Source: an uncultured Spirochaetales bacterium | Lineage (GTDB): Bacteria > Myxococcota_A > UBA9160 > PR03 | DNA length: 64,000 bases | Direction: 5' to 3' | Assembly: GCA_964353555.1 (NCBI GenBank) | Contig: CAYGWM010000004.1 | Coordinates: 330-64,329, forward strand | In this document: positions 1-9,358 of the stretch, piece by piece | Position numbering within the stretch: the first letter of the stretch is position 1 | How the letters are laid out: each line of letters opens with the position of its first letter | Made by a program: the position numbers and the translations under genes | Notes under the pieces: model-generated | What the model was told of the DNA's origin: nothing | Database searches by the model: none | The model's input: only the letters and a program-made list of their open reading frames with translations

Positions 1-589
1 TCACGCCGCGACCGAGCGCCGGCACCGACGTCAGATAGCGGAATAGCGGCGGCCCGATCGGCGAGCGCCCGAGGCGCCCGATGAAATCACTCGGCTCGTC
101 CCCGATCGCCGGCCCGGCCGACCCGAGCAACACCAACTGGCTGACGCGCTCCGGGTGTTCGAGCGCGAAGGTCTGCACGATCCCGCCGCCGTACGACCAG
201 CCCACCAACGCGGCACGCGGGATTTCGAGCTGATCGAGCAGCGCGCCGAGCTCACGCGCGTTCGAGCCGAGTGTGTAGGCGTCGGCCGCGACCGGCGGGC
301 GACTCGACCAGCCGTAGCCGGCGCGGTCGTAGACGACGACGCGGTGGCCGAGCGCGGCGAGCTTCTCGGGCACACTGGCCCAGTCGCCGATGTTCGACGG
401 CAGCCCGTGTACCAGTACGACGGGCGTTCCGCGGCCGACTTCGGTGACGTTCAGCTCGAGGCCGTTGCCGATCGCGACGGCGCGGTCGCGCGGCGGCAGT
501 GCCGACAGGTCCGGAGCGCCGCCGAGCATCGGGAGCCCGACCAGCACGGCGACCACGAGCAGCGCGGCGATGACGAGAATGCGACGCAC
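1..589 (-). CDS. alpha/beta-fold hydrolase, N-terminal part (gene continues past the left edge)
   Basis: Absent from the ORF track because it has no stop in the window. A reverse-strand GTG at 589-587 opens VRRILVIAALLVVAVLVGLP (signal/anchor). It continues GTPVVLVHGLPSNIGDW, VVVYDRAGYGWSS, LVGWSYGGGIV (G-x-S-x-G nucleophile elbow) and HPERVSQLVLLGS. GC3 periodicity is clean in this frame. Confidence 0.75.
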   Translation of the reverse strand, partial: MRRILVIAALLVVAVLVGLPMLGGAPDLSALPPRDRAVAIGNGLELNVTEVGRGTPVVLVHGLPSNIGDWASVPEKLAALGHRVVVYDRAGYGWSSRPPVAADAYTLGSNARELGALLDQLEIPRAALVGWSYGGGIVQTFALEHPERVSQLVLLGSAGPAIGDEPSDFIGRLGRSPIGPPLFRYLTSVPALGRGV

Positions 590-689
590 GGCGCGCAAGG
601 TAGCGGCGGAAACGAGCAGCGGGACCCCGCGTTGCTCGTTCCTCGATAGCGCCAGAAGGACCCGCGCGATGTGATAGGGTCGGCCACGC

Positions 690-2447
690 ATGCGTCCGAT
701 CGGTCGCGCTCTCGCATCGAGCCTCATTGCCCTCGTCGCGCTGGCGTGGCTCGCGCTTCCGCTCGCGTCGCGCGCCGCAGCGCCGGCGCCCGCTGTCGGC
801 ATGCACGGCATGGTGGTGGCCGCCGAACGTCATGCGGCGCAGGCGGGGCTCGCGATGTTGCTTGCCGGCGGCAATGCAATCGATGCGGCCGTCGCGACGT
901 CCTTCGCGCTCGGCGTGACGGAGCCGTATCACTCGGGCCTCGGCGGCGGCGGCTTTCTGTTGATCCGGCTCGCGAACGGCGAAGTCATCGCACTCGATGC
1001 GCGCGAGACCGCGCCCGCCGCGGCGAGCCGCGACATGTTCGTCGCGAGCGGTGTCGCGAAAGACGCGTCGCGCACCGGGCCGCTCGCAGTCGCGACGCCC
1101 GGCATGCTGGCCGGACTCGCGCTCGCACTCGAACGCTACGGCACCAAGTCGCTCGCCGAAGTGATGGCGCCGGCGATCGCACTCGCGTCGGGCGGCTTCC
1201 CGATTTCGCTACGCCACGCGCGCGTGCTCGAAGCCTGGAAGGCGATGGGGCTCGCCGAGCGCTTTCCGGAAACCGCTGCGATCCAGCTGCCGCCAGCGGG
1301 TGTGGCGATTGCGCCAGGCTGGAAGCTCGTGCAACCGGAGCTCGCCGCGACGCTGCGCAGGATCGCTCGCGGTGGTCCCGCGGAGTTCTACAAAGGCGCG
1401 CTCGCCGCGGCGATCGCCGCCGAGGTGCAGCGCCGCGGTGGCGTGCTCAGCGAGAGCGACCTCGCCGGCTACACACCGGTCGTGCGGCCGCCGTTGCGCG
1501 GCGACTACCGCGGCTTCGAGGTGATCTCGTTTCCGCCGCCGTCGTCGGGCGGCGTTGCGCTGATCCAGATGCTGAACATCCTCGAAGGGTTCGAGTTACG
1601 GCAGCTCGGCGCGGGTTCGTCGGCGTCGATCCACCGCATCGCCGAGTCGATGAAGCTCGCCTTCGCCGATCGCGCCGCGTATCTCGGCGATCCCGACTTC
1701 GTTGCGGTACCGACCGAGCAGCTGATCGCGAAGGACTACGCGGCGAAACTGCGCGCGCAGATCCTGCCGTCGCGCTGGCACCGCGCGCCGTGGACCTGGG
1801 GGCAGGACGAAGTCGCGATCCGCGTTCCCGGACCGGGGCTCGGGGCGCTTCCCCTGTCGCAGGGTGGAACGACGCATTTGTCGGTCACCGACGCGGCGGG
1901 CAATGCGGTGGCGACCACCCAGACCGTGAACCTGCTCTTCGGCTCGGGCATCACGGTGCCCGGCACCGGCATCGTGCTGAACGACGAGATGGACGACTTC
2001 TCGGTCGCAATGAACCAGCCGAACGCGTTCGGACTCGTCGATGTGAACGGCACCAACGCGGTGGCGCCCGGCAGGCGTCCGCTCTCCAGCATGACGCCGA
2101 CGCTGGTGCTGGAGAACGGCAAGGTCCGGATCGTGGCCGGCAGTCCCGGCGGCCCGCGCATCATCACGACCGTGCTGCTCGCGCTACTGAACATGATCGA
2201 CTTCGGCATGGACCCGTCCGAGGCGATCGCCGCGCCGCGTTTCCACCACCAGTGGGTGCCCGACGAGTTGTCGATCGAAGCGGGCATACCCGCCGACGTG
2301 CAGGACGGGCTGCGCCGGCGCGGTCACACCGTGAAGGTGGCCGAGCGCAACTGGTCGAGCGCGCAGGTGATCGCGATCGACCCGAAGACCGGTTGGCACC
2401 TCGGCGCCACCGATCCGCGTACCGATGGTCTGGCGGTCGGTTACTGA
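690..2447 (+). CDS. ggt: gamma-glutamyltransferase (secreted)
   Basis: 585-aa ORF with signal peptide MRPIGRALASSLIALVALAWLALPLASRA. It has the autoprocessing/nucleophile block GGTTHLSVTDAAGNAVATTQTVN and the C-terminal SSMTPTLV...GSPGGPRI motifs typical of GGT. Confidence 0.95.
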   Translation: MRPIGRALASSLIALVALAWLALPLASRAAAPAPAVGMHGMVVAAERHAAQAGLAMLLAGGNAIDAAVATSFALGVTEPYHSGLGGGGFLLIRLANGEVIALDARETAPAAASRDMFVASGVAKDASRTGPLAVATPGMLAGLALALERYGTKSLAEVMAPAIALASGGFPISLRHARVLEAWKAMGLAERFPETAAIQLPPAGVAIAPGWKLVQPELAATLRRIARGGPAEFYKGALAAAIAAEVQRRGGVLSESDLAGYTPVVRPPLRGDYRGFEVISFPPPSSGGVALIQMLNILEGFELRQLGAGSSASIHRIAESMKLAFADRAAYLGDPDFVAVPTEQLIAKDYAAKLRAQILPSRWHRAPWTWGQDEVAIRVPGPGLGALPLSQGGTTHLSVTDAAGNAVATTQTVNLLFGSGITVPGTGIVLNDEMDDFSVAMNQPNAFGLVDVNGTNAVAPGRRPLSSMTPTLVLENGKVRIVAGSPGGPRIITTVLLALLNMIDFGMDPSEAIAAPRFHHQWVPDELSIEAGIPADVQDGLRRRGHTVKVAERNWSSAQVIAIDPKTGWHLGATDPRTDGLAVGY

Positions 2448-2475
2448 GGGTTGCCGCGGCTGCGCAGCACCGAGA

Positions 2476-2784
2476 TCACTGGCCGACGATGGGAGCGGCC
2501 GAGCGATCGGGGTGATCGCCGAGCGGATCGACCCAGGTGTAGCGAGCGGGTCCCATGACCAGCATGTCGAACGGCTTCTCGATCTCTGTCGGTCGCGTGA
2601 TCAGCGTCACGAAGCCGACGGGGATCATCGCGACCGTACCGAGGATGGTGAGCGGGATCCCGAAGACGGCCCGCGTAAAGAGGTCGAAGCCCACCGGTAC
2701 CTCGGTGGAATTGGCCGGATTGGATGCTGCCGCGGGGGTCGCGAGCGAGGCGGCGAGCAGGATGGTGATCATGATTCGCTTCAT
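2476..2784 (-). CDS. small exported hypothetical protein (102 aa)
   Basis: This is the internal ATG of the 193-aa track ORF. An AAGGAG Shine-Dalgarno (rc of 2791-2796) lies 6 nt upstream. The product starts MKRIMITILLAASLATPAAAS (signal peptide). The upstream part of the track ORF is Arg/Pro-rich and non-coding-like. Confidence 0.6.
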   Translation of the reverse strand: MKRIMITILLAASLATPAAASNPANSTEVPVGFDLFTRAVFGIPLTILGTVAMIPVGFVTLITRPTEIEKPFDMLVMGPARYTWVDPLGDHPDRSAAPIVGQ

Positions 2785-2919
2785 GGGGCGCTCCTTCGAG
2801 ACGGGCTTCCCCGAAGCCGCCTCGTTGCATCGACTGGCGGAGCTGGTCGGACGCCGGCGCGAGAACTTGAGTGCGGCGCACGGCGAGCCGTCCCCCAGCG
2901 CCCCGCGGCGGACTGCCCC

Positions 2920-3226
2920 GTGACCCGCGACTGGCTCTGTGCCGAGCGGGCGCGCGACGTCTCCGGGCTGCGGCTCGTGCTGTCGATGGGCGTTCCGGGC
3001 CCGTGGGGCGAAGCCGCGCGACGGCTCGATCGACATCGCGATGCTGGCCGAGCGCATCGCGCCTGCGCCGCGGCTGCTTCCCGACGCGGTCGCGGATCGC
3101 GCGCTCGTCTTCGGGCTGGGGCGGGAACTGTGCGGCGAACTCGGTCTCGGTTGGTGCCGGCGCCTGATGCTCGCACACCGCGACTTCCTCTATCGCGATC
3201 ATCTCGAGCTGCCGGTGCGACGCTAG
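2920..3226 (+). pseudogene. possible remnant of a GST/thioredoxin-fold gene (frame switch near 3030, truncated)
   Basis: Two adjacent frames both show coding-like GC3. Frame 1 reads VTRDWLCAERARDVSGLRLVLSMGVPGPWGEAARRL. Frame 2 reads IDIAMLAERIAPAPRLLPDAVADRALVFGLGRELCGELGLGWCRRLMLAHRD and ends at 3226. Together they make only about 100 aa, too short for a full GST-like protein. The family assignment is from memory only. Confidence 0.25.
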
Positions 3227-4608
3227 ATTCCCCACGCGAAGCCGAGCACGACGCGGTCGTCGCTGCCGAACTCGCCGAAGACACCGCTCTGCGTGCCGTA
3301 GAACAGATCGACGCCGAACCAGACCTGCAGGTCGTCGCGCAGCTCGTAGCTGACCTTCGGGCGCACCAGGCCGTCGCCCTGGTTCAGGTTGTGGATCCAG
3401 ATCGTTTCGATCGTCAGCGTCTCGTTGCGGAACTGGCGCCGCGCGAGCAGCGTCACGTTGGTGTCGATGCGGTCGCGCAGCAGACCCGCCGGGTGATCGG
3501 TGAGAATGGTCTGGAAGAGCTGCGCCGAGAGCAGCGTCTCGGGAAGGCCGTACCAGTCGACGCCCAGCATGGCGCCAAACTCTCCGGTCTGGGCGATGCC
3601 GTCGCGATCGCTGCTATCGTCGACCGGCAGGAATCGCCTTGTGGTGTAGGCCGCCTCGGCGCGCACCGTCAGGTTGCCGAACGCGTTGCTGGCGCTGCCG
3701 CCGAGCACCGCCGTGCGTCGGTAGCCCGGTTCGACGACGACGGTCGGGACCGCCCCGCTGAGATCGATGCTGCGGTACGGGATCGGGATGTCGTCCCAGT
3801 GCCAGAGCGCGTTGGCGCTGAGATCGAAGCCGTGCCAGAACGCGGTCAAGCGCGCGCCGGCGTCGGAGTTGTGCAGCGCCACGTCGGGTAGATCGGGGTT
3901 GCGCAGATCGACTGCGACACCCGGCGGTGGCCGCGGACCGACCAGGCGCGGCGCGGTGAATGCGAAGGTGCCGTCCTGCGGCGGCAGATGGTGCGCGCTC
4001 GGATCGGGAATCCACAGCACTTGGAGTTGTGTCGCGCCGATCGGGATCTCGGTGTTCAGCGTCCACAGCGGAATGCGGGAGTCCTCGAAGGTCGGCAGGA
4101 TGAATTCGCGAAAGTCTTGCGGATCGACCACGTCGAGCAGCTTCAGTCCGTCGGCCTGACCCCAGACGACCTGCTGCTTGCCGACGCGCAGCCACGCCGG
4201 ACCGATCTTGCCCTGCACGTACAGCTCGCGGAGTTCGAGCGCGACGCGATCCCCGAAATCCACCGGACGCGAGAACGGCGCGACGTCGAGTTCGCGCGGG
4301 GCGCCGGGTTCGAGCCGATCGAAGACGTCACCGCGCAGCCGGCCGATCGCGCCGAGTTGGAAGCCGCCAGGCAGATCGAGTCGCAGTGTCGGTTCGATGC
4401 GGAGTTCGAGCTTCTGCGAATCGCCGTCGTGCGTGCCGACGGCCCATTCGAGATCGATCTCGGTGGTGAGCGATCGCGCGTCCGCTGCCACGTCCGCGCC
4501 GGGCTCCGATGCGTCCGCATCCGGCGCGCCCGACGCAAAGCTTGCGCCGCCGGCACCCAGGCCGAGCACGACCGCGATAGCGGCACCGAGCCGGCGCCCC
4601 CGCATCAT
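3223..4608 (-). CDS. outer-membrane beta-barrel protein (DUF1302-like)
   Basis: 461-aa ORF with signal peptide MMRGRRLGAAIAVVLGLGAGGASFASG. Alternating amphipathic strands run throughout. The block LRELYVQGKIGPAWLRVGKQQVVWGQADGLKLLDVVDPQDFREF resembles the DUF1302 family. The C-terminal strand is VVLGFAWGI. Confidence 0.6.
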   Translation of the reverse strand: MMRGRRLGAAIAVVLGLGAGGASFASGAPDADASEPGADVAADARSLTTEIDLEWAVGTHDGDSQKLELRIEPTLRLDLPGGFQLGAIGRLRGDVFDRLEPGAPRELDVAPFSRPVDFGDRVALELRELYVQGKIGPAWLRVGKQQVVWGQADGLKLLDVVDPQDFREFILPTFEDSRIPLWTLNTEIPIGATQLQVLWIPDPSAHHLPPQDGTFAFTAPRLVGPRPPPGVAVDLRNPDLPDVALHNSDAGARLTAFWHGFDLSANALWHWDDIPIPYRSIDLSGAVPTVVVEPGYRRTAVLGGSASNAFGNLTVRAEAAYTTRRFLPVDDSSDRDGIAQTGEFGAMLGVDWYGLPETLLSAQLFQTILTDHPAGLLRDRIDTNVTLLARRQFRNETLTIETIWIHNLNQGDGLVRPKVSYELRDDLQVWFGVDLFYGTQSGVFGEFGSDDRVVLGFAWGI

Positions 4609-4709
4609 GCATCCCCCCCGCGCGGCGCAGTCTACCCGGGGCTTGGCGGAGCGCGCAGTCCGCGGGTACGTTGCGCCTCCCGAAAGTTCCCGGGTGATGG
4701 GAGGCCCGC

Positions 4710-5291
4710 ATGACCCTGCGCTCCGTTCTGTCTTTCAGCCTCGTGCTCGCACTCTTCGTCGTCGTGCGCCCGGCCGCCTCTGCCGAACCCAAACCGTCTG
4801 CAACGAAAGGAGGGCATCCCGTGGTGGTGCTCGAAACTTCGCTCGGCACGATCGAACTCGAACTGGACGCCGAGAAGGCGCCGATTTCGGTCGAGAACTT
4901 CCTCGCGTACGTGGACGCCGGCCACTATGACGGCACGCTGTTCCACCGCGTGATTCCCGGCTTCATGATCCAGGGCGGCGGCTTCGATCAGTCGATGAAG
5001 CAGAAGCCGACGCGCGGTCCGATCAAGAACGAAGCCGACAACGGGCTCACCAACCAGCGCGGCACGGTCGCGATGGCGCGCACCAGCGACGTCAACAGCG
5101 CCACCTCGCAGTTCTTCATCAACGTCGTCGACAACGGCTTCCTGAACCACAGCGGTCGCGACTTCGGCTACGCGGTAATCGGCAAGGTCACCTCGGGGAT
5201 GGACGTCGCGGACAAGATCGCCGCGGTAAAGCGCGGCGCGCAGGACGTGCCGGTCGAGCCGGTCGTGATCAAGAAGGCGACGCGGAAGTAG
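4710..5291 (+). CDS. ppiA: periplasmic peptidyl-prolyl cis-trans isomerase, cyclophilin type
   Basis: Signal peptide [25 protein letters not shown], then the cyclophilin core [54 protein letters not shown]...[10 protein letters not shown]. Confidence 0.95.
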   Translation: MTLRSVLSFSLVLALFVVVRPAASAEPKPSATKGGHPVVVLETSLGTIELELDAEKAPISVENFLAYVDAGHYDGTLFHRVIPGFMIQGGGFDQSMKQKPTRGPIKNEADNGLTNQRGTVAMARTSDVNSATSQFFINVVDNGFLNHSGRDFGYAVIGKVTSGMDVADKIAAVKRGAQDVPVEPVVIKKATRK

Positions 5292-5294
5292 CCC

Positions 5295-5332
5295 GATAAC
5301 TTGACAACCAGAATAACTTGACGCCCGGCACC
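5295..5332. repeat. solo copy of the ATAACYTGAC-ATAACYTGAC-GCCCGGCAC(C) element
   Basis: The sequence gATAACTTGACaaccagaATAACTTGACGCCCGGCACC lies between convergent ppiA and the M16 peptidase gene. It is near-identical (one indel, a few mismatches) to the reverse complement of 21073-21109. The last 20 nt match 21132-21152 with a single C/T difference. Confidence 0.7.
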
Positions 5333-5348
5333 CCTCCGGGGGGCGCTG

Positions 5349-7973
5349 CTACGGGCGGATCACGGCGAGCGTGTAGGCATCGAGATCTACGACGCGTCGC
5401 GCGACGCGCAGTACGGCATTCGCGTCCACCGCCTCGACCTGCTCCGCGTAGCGACGCTGCGCGTCGGGGCCGAGGCCGTAGCGGGCATCTGCCGCCATGT
5501 GCGCGGCGCGCGCGGCGGCGCGTTGGCGGTCGATCTCGAAGTTGCCCGCGAGATAGCGACGCGCGCGGTCGAGTTCGCCCTCGGGCGGCGGGGAATCGAG
5601 CAGCGTGCGCAGCTCGGCGAAGATCGCCTGCTTCGCTTCGTCGAGCTTCTCGGGCGACGTTGCGACGTAGACCGCGAAGAGCCCCGGCGCGAGGCCCTCG
5701 ATGTTCATCGCGTTTACCGCGTAGGCGAGCCCGCGGCGATCGCGCAGTTCGAGGAACAGCCGGCCGCCCTGGCCGGCCAGCACTTGCGCGATCACTTCGA
5801 GCGCGAAGCGATCCGGATCGTGCAGCGTGAGGCCGCGGAAGCCCACGACCAGGTGCGCCTGGGCGCGGTCCTTGCGGAGCTCGACCTCGCGCACTTCGCG
5901 CGGCGCCGGCTCGGCGGGCGGCTCGGGAAAGACGAAGTCGCTGGGATCGAGGTCGGCGAGCCGGTGCGCGATTGCGTCGGCGACGCTGTCGGGGTCGACG
6001 TCGCCGGACACGGCGATCGTCAGATTCCCGGCGCGCAGCCAACGCGTGTGGTGCGCGAGTAGATCCTCGCGCGTGAACGACGTGACCGTCTCGACGCTGC
6101 CGATGATCGGCAGGCGATACGGATGGGTGTGCCACTGCGCCTGCGCGAAAATGTCGAAGACGCGCGCGCCGAGGCGATCCTCGCGGCGCGCGAGCGCGGC
6201 GAGCGTGTCCTTGCGCTCGCGCTCGAGTTCGTCCGGTGCGAAGGCCGGTTCGAGCAATACTTCGGCGAACAGATCGAGCGCCGGCAGGAAGCGCTCGGAA
6301 AGCGCTTCGAGGCCGAGACCGAAGCTGTTGCGCCCCGCGAACGGATCCAGCTCCGCGGCGATCGACTCGATCGCGTGCGCCAGGTCGGCGTTGCCGCGCG
6401 CTCGCGTGCCGCGCAGCCACATCGAAGTGACGAACTGCGTGATGCCGGCGTTGCGCTCGTCCTCGACGAGCAGCCCGCCGAGTAGCGCCGCGCGCAGTGC
6501 CACCACCGGCACTTCGCGGCGCGGCTCGACGTGAAGCGAAGCGCCATTCGGCAGCTGGTAGCTGATGATCTCGGGAACACCAGACGGGGTCGACTGCGTG
6601 CGCGGCTGCGCGACCGCAGCCTGCGTGCTGCTCGCGGCGGGCAGGCGCAACGGCGGCATCGCAACCTTCGCCACGCGCTCGTGACCGCGCGCGAGCGCCT
6701 GCGCGACGGCCTTGTCGTCGAGTTCGGGCGGCGACGCGTCCGGCACTACGGCTGCAACCGTCAGGCGTTCCGGGACGAGGTAGCGCTGCGCCACGCGCAG
6801 CAGATCGTCCGCGGTCGCGCTGCGGATCGCGTCGAGATAGACGCGCTCCTGGTCGGGATCGCCCGCCAGCACCTGGAACGAGCCGAGCTTGCGGGCCTGG
6901 CCGGCGACGCTCTCGCGTTCGAAGTGCTCGCTCGCGAGGAAGTTCGCGCGCGCCTTGTCGAGTTCGTCCTCCGCGACCGTTTCGCGCCGAACCCAGTCGA
7001 TCTCGCGCGCGATCGCTTCGAGCGCGGCGGGAATGCGCGCGGCGTCCAGATCGGCGGAAACACTGAACAGACCGGCGTCGAGCGGCGTGTAGCAGGAGCA
7101 GTCGATGCCATCGACGGAGCCGTCGCGTTCCTTCACGCGGCGCACCAGCCGGCAGCTCTCGCCTTCGCCGAGCACGAATGCGAGCAGGTCGAGGTGCGGC
7201 GTGTCCGGGTGCGCGAGGCCGACGGCCGGCCATGCGAGTTCGAGCGTCGCGCGCTCGAACGGCCGACGAAGCAGCAGCGAACGCAAGCCACTTTGCGGCG
7301 GTTCGATCGGGCGGTCGCGGCGGGCGCCCGCCGGCTCTGCACCTTCGAACGCGCGCGCAATCTTCGCGGCGAGCGCCGCCGCCTCGAAATCTCCGCACGC
7401 GACGACGAGCAGGTTGTCGGGCGCGTACCAGCGCCGGAAGAAGCGCTGCACGTGCTCGCGATCGAAGCGCGCGACGTTCGCGGCGGGGCCGAGGATCGGT
7501 GCGCGATAGGGATGCACCTGGTAGGCAGCCGCGAACAGCGCCTCCGCGCACACGCTGTGCGGGGAGTCTTCCGAGCGGCGGATCTCGTCGAGCACCACTT
7601 CGATCTCGCGCGCGATCTCCTCGGGCTCGAAGCGCGAGAAGCGCACCATGTCGATGAGCACGTCGATCGCGTCGTCGAGCCCGGCGATCGGCACGGTCGC
7701 GTGGTAGACGGTGGTGTCGTAGCTGGTGTAGGCGTTGATGCGCCCGCCGATGCCTTCGATCGCGCCCGCGACCTCGCCGACGCCGCGCTTCTCGGTGCCC
7801 TTGAAGAGCATGTGCTCGTGGAAGTGCGCGAGCCCTTCTTCGCCCGGGTGTTCGTCGGCCGAACCGACCTTCGCCCAGATCTGGAACTCCGCGACCGCCG
7901 CCAGATGCGACTCGCGCAGCAGCAGACCGAGGCCATTCGGCAAGATGTCGCGGTAGAGCGGCAAGGAACCCAA
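5349..7973 (-). CDS. M16 (pitrilysin/insulinase) family zinc peptidase, double-length (two M16 units)
   Basis: 874 aa. The N-terminal unit has the inverted zinc motif HFHEHMLFKGTEKRG. The second half repeats the M16 fold (GITQFVTSMWLRGT...) without the HxxEH motif. Confidence 0.9.
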   Translation of the reverse strand: MGSLPLYRDILPNGLGLLLRESHLAAVAEFQIWAKVGSADEHPGEEGLAHFHEHMLFKGTEKRGVGEVAGAIEGIGGRINAYTSYDTTVYHATVPIAGLDDAIDVLIDMVRFSRFEPEEIAREIEVVLDEIRRSEDSPHSVCAEALFAAAYQVHPYRAPILGPAANVARFDREHVQRFFRRWYAPDNLLVVACGDFEAAALAAKIARAFEGAEPAGARRDRPIEPPQSGLRSLLLRRPFERATLELAWPAVGLAHPDTPHLDLLAFVLGEGESCRLVRRVKERDGSVDGIDCSCYTPLDAGLFSVSADLDAARIPAALEAIAREIDWVRRETVAEDELDKARANFLASEHFERESVAGQARKLGSFQVLAGDPDQERVYLDAIRSATADDLLRVAQRYLVPERLTVAAVVPDASPPELDDKAVAQALARGHERVAKVAMPPLRLPAASSTQAAVAQPRTQSTPSGVPEIISYQLPNGASLHVEPRREVPVVALRAALLGGLLVEDERNAGITQFVTSMWLRGTRARGNADLAHAIESIAAELDPFAGRNSFGLGLEALSERFLPALDLFAEVLLEPAFAPDELERERKDTLAALARREDRLGARVFDIFAQAQWHTHPYRLPIIGSVETVTSFTREDLLAHHTRWLRAGNLTIAVSGDVDPDSVADAIAHRLADLDPSDFVFPEPPAEPAPREVREVELRKDRAQAHLVVGFRGLTLHDPDRFALEVIAQVLAGQGGRLFLELRDRRGLAYAVNAMNIEGLAPGLFAVYVATSPEKLDEAKQAIFAELRTLLDSPPPEGELDRARRYLAGNFEIDRQRAAARAAHMAADARYGLGPDAQRRYAEQVEAVDANAVLRVARRVVDLDAYTLAVIRP

Positions 7974-8021
7974 GGTCGCGCAGCATAGCTGTGGCAGCAG
8001 CCCCGGCTAGCTTCGTCAGCG

Positions 8022-9263
8022 GTGCGCAAACCAGCGAACTCCCCGGGCCCGTGTTCGGCGAGCGGCCCTCCGGCCGCGCAGTCGGATCACGAGCTGGGCG
8101 TCTACGTGCACGTTCCATTCTGCGAGCGCATCTGTCCCTATTGCGACTTCGCGGTGGTACGAGCGCCGGCACTGGCGCGCGATCGCGAGGACGCCTTCGT
8201 CACGGCGTTGCTCGCCGAGTTCGAGCGCCGACTTCCGTTCTTCGGTGCGTCGCGACTCGCCACGCTTTACTTCGGCGGCGGCACGCCGTCGCGGCTGCGT
8301 GCCGAGTCGATCGCGCGCGTGATCGATGCGGTGCGCGCGGCGCTGCCCGCGTCGGACACCGCGCTCGAGATCACGCTCGAAGTGAATCCGAGCACCACCG
8401 AGCGCGCGCGCCTCGCGGCGTTCCGTGCGGCGGGCGTGAATCGGCTCTCGATCGGGATCCAGTCGTTTGCCGATGCGACGCTGAAGCGGCTCGGCCGTGC
8501 GCATCGCGCCGAAGAGGGCAGGGCGACCCTTGCTGCGGCGCGTGACGCCGGCTTTGCGAATCTCTCGCTCGATCTGCTCTTCGCCGCGCCGAAGCAGACG
8601 CTCGCCGATCTCGATGCCGATCTCGACGCCTTTCTCGGCTGCGCGCCCGAGCACGTCTCCGGCTACGCGCTGACGCTGGAGGACGGCACGCCCTTCGAAC
8701 GCGCGGCGCGCAACGGACGACTCGTGTTGCCCGAAGACGACGACGTGGCGTCGATGCTCGAACGCATTGCCGAGCGCTTCGCCGCAGCGGGACTCGCGCG
8801 CTACGAGGTTTCGAGTTTCGCGCGCGCGGGCTTCGAGTCGCGCCACAACCAGCGCTACTGGCAGCGACGGCCGGTGCTCGGCATCGGGCCGGGCGCGTGG
8901 TCGAACGAAGCGCCGCGCGAAGACGCGCCGTTCGGCGCGCGCCGCGCGAATCTGCGCGATCTCGAAGTCTGGCTCGCGCGCATCGCTGCGGGCGAGGCCG
9001 GCGCGCAGGATCCTCCCGAATGTCTCGACGCGCGCACCGCGCGCGGCGAGGCTGCGTTTCTCGCACTGCGCACCGCGGCGGGACTCGATGCCGCCGCGTT
9101 CGCGGCCGAGTTCGGCGCGGCGCCGCGCGCATTCTGGCGCGAAGCGATCGAGGAACTCGTTGCGGCGGGTCTGCTCGTCGAAGGCAGCGGCGCAGCGGGC
9201 GACCTGCGCCTCACTTCGCGCGGCTTTCTGCTGTCCGACTCGGTGTTCCTGCGCTTCGTGTGA
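8022..9263 (+). CDS. hemW: radical SAM family haem chaperone HemW (HemN-like, oxygen-independent coproporphyrinogen oxidase family)
   Basis: Radical-SAM cluster motif VYVHVPFCERICPYCDF, then GGGTPS and the HemN C-terminal domain. The N-terminus is uncertain because about 25 low-complexity residues precede the core. Confidence 0.88.
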   Translation: MRKPANSPGPCSASGPPAAQSDHELGVYVHVPFCERICPYCDFAVVRAPALARDREDAFVTALLAEFERRLPFFGASRLATLYFGGGTPSRLRAESIARVIDAVRAALPASDTALEITLEVNPSTTERARLAAFRAAGVNRLSIGIQSFADATLKRLGRAHRAEEGRATLAAARDAGFANLSLDLLFAAPKQTLADLDADLDAFLGCAPEHVSGYALTLEDGTPFERAARNGRLVLPEDDDVASMLERIAERFAAAGLARYEVSSFARAGFESRHNQRYWQRRPVLGIGPGAWSNEAPREDAPFGARRANLRDLEVWLARIAAGEAGAQDPPECLDARTARGEAAFLALRTAAGLDAAAFAAEFGAAPRAFWREAIEELVAAGLLVEGSGAAGDLRLTSRGFLLSDSVFLRFV

Positions 9264-9358
9264 GCGGTGCGAACTGGCAAGCGCGAGCCCCGTCGGCTAA
9301 CTCCCTTCTAGGATCGGGGGCTTGCGTGTCTTCGACGGTCGCATCGGCAACAGCCGAA

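Noticed and set aside
5269-8172. Very long ORFs in the track with Arg/Ala/Pro/Gly-rich, low-complexity translations. Examples are 671-2515(+), 5269-8172(-), 24483-26297(-), 46928-49327(-), 50210-52618(-) and 30393-32225(+).
   Set aside because: They run antisense to, or out of frame with, genes that have unmistakable conserved motifs (M16 peptidase, ggt, cheA, hem genes, groEL). Stop-codon scarcity in a GC-rich genome generates such shadow ORFs. Their GC3 pattern is that of the overlapping real frame.
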